Translations under genes and position numbers: made by a program
Part shown: positions 62,035 to 64,000 of the stretch, in pieces
Layout of the letters: each line of letters opens with the position of its first letter
How positions within the stretch are numbered: position 1 is the stretch's first letter
From: Treponemataceae bacterium
GTDB lineage: Bacteria > Spirochaetota > Spirochaetia > Treponematales > Rectinemataceae
DNA: 64,000 nucleotides
Reading direction: 5' to 3'
NCBI GenBank assembly: GCA_963667725.2
Contig: CAXXHO010000003.1
Span: forward strand, 2,112,001-2,176,000
Notes under the pieces: generated by a model
Told to the model about the DNA's origin: nothing
What the model saw: only the letters and a program-made list of their open reading frames with translations
Database searches by the model: none

Positions 62035-63429
62035 TTGAAAGAATCGGAAAAAATAGGGGAATACAGACTCATACGGCAGCTGGGGAGAGGAATCTCCGCC
62101 TCGACATGGCTCGCCAGCCCTGAGAATCTGGAGTCGGGCAAGCCCCAGGCCGTGCTCAAGGTGCTGGACCTCACCGAAACATCCTCATGGAATATGGTGG
62201 ACATATTCAGGCGCGAGGCCGAGGCGCTGAAAAGCCTCGCCCATCCCGGAATTCCCGGGTATTTCGACAGCTTCGAGGCTGAGTCGGAAGGCCGCCTGCG
62301 CCTCGTGCTCGCCATGGAATATATAGAAGGACAGGATCTCGAGAAAATAGTCAGGTCAGGCAGGAAATTCACCGAGGCCGATGTGGAGAGGATTCTGGCT
62401 GAGCTCTCCGAAATCCTCGCCTACCTGGGCTCCCTGCGCCCTCCCATCGTCCACAGGGACGTGAACCCGCGCAACATCATTCTCAGAAAAGATGACACGA
62501 TCGCACTTGTCGATTTTTCCGGCGTCCAGGATGCCGTGCGGACGGCGCTTTTCCCCGGGGCTACCCTGGTGGGAACGGCGGGCTACATTCCCCTGGAACA
62601 GGTGGCCGGCAGGGCGACGCATCGTTCCGACCTCTACGGCGCGGCAGCGACGGCCGTCTTTCTCCTGACGGGCAGAAACCCGGCCGAGCTGCCCACGAGC
62701 GGCCTTAAAATTGACCTGAGCGGCATCGTCGACATTTCGCCGAGGCTGGACGGCGTCCTTTCCTCCTGGCTCGATCCCGACGTCAGCCGCCGGAGCCTTC
62801 CCGCGGCCAAGGCCGCCGCCATACTGCGCGGAGAGATCGAAGCGCAGAAAGCCGGGCCGAGAAAGCACGCAGGCGCGGCCTACCCCGAAAGCCTGCCCGA
62901 CGAAAGCAGAGTCGTCATCGAGCGGACGGAGGATAGCACCAGCCTGACGATACCCCGCCCGGGCATCAAGGCATCGTCAGGTCCCGGCGTGATATTCGCG
63001 GCGGCCTGGATCGGCTTCATCGCTTTCTGGACGCTCATGACCTTGAGAATGCGGGCTCCCATGATGTTCCCCATGTTCAGCCTCCCCTTCTGGGGCGTCG
63101 GCATCTTCATGGGAAAAACCATCCTGGCGCCCCGTTTCACGAAATACGGCATTCTCCTGACGCGCGACGATTTCCATTCCCGCACCGAAATTTTCGGCCG
63201 CGAACGCATCGCTTCCTGGCCCCTCAAGGATATCGGCTCGATTCAGGTGGTGACTTCGCGCACGCAGGTCAACAACATCGCGGCCAAGGAACTCAAGATC
63301 GAGGCGGGCACGAAACACCTGATCCTGGGTTCAGGCCTCAGCGAACGCGAACTTCAGTATATGGAAAATTTTCTCAGGCAGGAGATTCTTCGCCTGCGCG
63401 ACTCCTCCAGCGATTCTTCCCGGCCATAA
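62035..63429 (+). CDS. Hanks-type Ser/Thr kinase with two transmembrane segments and a C-terminal domain
   Basis: LGRG, VLK, REAEAL, HRDVNPRN, DFSG, GTAGYIPLEQ, SDLYG. Confidence 0.88.
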   Translation: MKESEKIGEYRLIRQLGRGISASTWLASPENLESGKPQAVLKVLDLTETSSWNMVDIFRREAEALKSLAHPGIPGYFDSFEAESEGRLRLVLAMEYIEGQDLEKIVRSGRKFTEADVERILAELSEILAYLGSLRPPIVHRDVNPRNIILRKDDTIALVDFSGVQDAVRTALFPGATLVGTAGYIPLEQVAGRATHRSDLYGAAATAVFLLTGRNPAELPTSGLKIDLSGIVDISPRLDGVLSSWLDPDVSRRSLPAAKAAAILRGEIEAQKAGPRKHAGAAYPESLPDESRVVIERTEDSTSLTIPRPGIKASSGPGVIFAAAWIGFIAFWTLMTLRMRAPMMFPMFSLPFWGVGIFMGKTILAPRFTKYGILLTRDDFHSRTEIFGRERIASWPLKDIGSIQVVTSRTQVNNIAAKELKIEAGTKHLILGSGLSERELQYMENFLRQEILRLRDSSSDSSRP

Positions 63430-63469
63430 AGAATTTGCGGTATTCGTCGCGCCATGATATTGTTTCGCG

Positions 63470-64000
63470 GTGCGCATCCGAACGAAATTTCTCGCCGTCC
63501 TCCTCGTTGAGCTGATAGGCTTCGTCGGACTCTCGGCGCTGTCGGTAACCACCTTCGCCCGCGTGAGGGAAATGAAGACGGTGGTGGAGAACGGGATGTC
63601 CCTGATAGCCCGTTCCCGCAGGGTATACAGCCTCCTCAAGGATGTCGTTTTTGACCTTTTCACCCCCGATTCCTACCAGGCGCTGAGATCGGTGGTCCTG
63701 GCTCCCCGGTCCCTGGTGACGGGCAAGGAATTCGCCCACGAAACAGGGCTGTTCCGCGACGAGTACGAGGTTTTCATGCGGGACGACATGATCACCTACA
63801 TACTTAAGCGAAATCCCGAGCTTTCGTCGGCTTACGAGACGGCCGCTCCCCTCGCCGGCCAGGCCTTCGTGAAGTTCGAGCGCCTTTCCGGCCTTTTCGA
63901 GAGAGTCCGCGACCTTAGTCCCATTGAGGGAAAAGACCTCTACATGACGGTGCAGGAGAGCAAGGACGAATCCCTCTACGGGATTTTCGGCGAAATCCGC
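63470..64000 (+). CDS. Membrane sensor protein N-terminus (chemoreceptor/histidine kinase-like); truncated by the window edge
   Basis: Manual translation VRIRTKFLAVLLVELIGFVGLSALS..., open to the end of the window; typical first transmembrane segment of sensors. Confidence 0.6.
   Translation, partial: MRIRTKFLAVLLVELIGFVGLSALSVTTFARVREMKTVVENGMSLIARSRRVYSLLKDVVFDLFTPDSYQALRSVVLAPRSLVTGKEFAHETGLFRDEYEVFMRDDMITYILKRNPELSSAYETAAPLAGQAFVKFERLSGLFERVRDLSPIEGKDLYMTVQESKDESLYGIFGEIR

Overview
A GC-rich chromosomal window from an anaerobic, probably free-living spirochaete; the 16S leader/V1 sequence, tRNA-Ala spacer and several conserved hypothetical proteins look Treponema/Rectinema-like (inferred, not searched). 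It contains: a sugar-type ABC importer operon linked to an amidohydrolase, a divergent ArgH-family lyase and a GH2 glycosidase; rlmI; a rubrerythrin-desulfoferrodoxin-rubredoxin cluster; radC; a serine-palmitoyltransferase-like oxoamine synthase; ktrAB; a complete minus-strand rRNA operon (16S-tRNA-Ala-23S-5S); two divergent CDP-alcohol phosphotransferases; mnmE-mnmG; argC-J-B-D plus an M24 peptidase; pyrC; murA; a PspA/CesT-like/STAS locus; lgt; nadE; msrB; a diguanylate cyclase; a multimeric [FeFe]-hydrogenase operon; and a TPR/Ser-Thr kinase pair. I saw no CRISPR array, transposase or prophage. Best leads: (1) an unannotated Arg-ending leader peptide with ARG-like boxes upstream of argC; (2) the ABC-amidohydrolase-lyase-GH2 catabolic operon of unknown substrate; (3) an 11-bp-phased DnaA-box array after murA; (4) the SPT-like gene; (5) many apparently leaderless promoters; (6) a second, truncated PspA-like protein.
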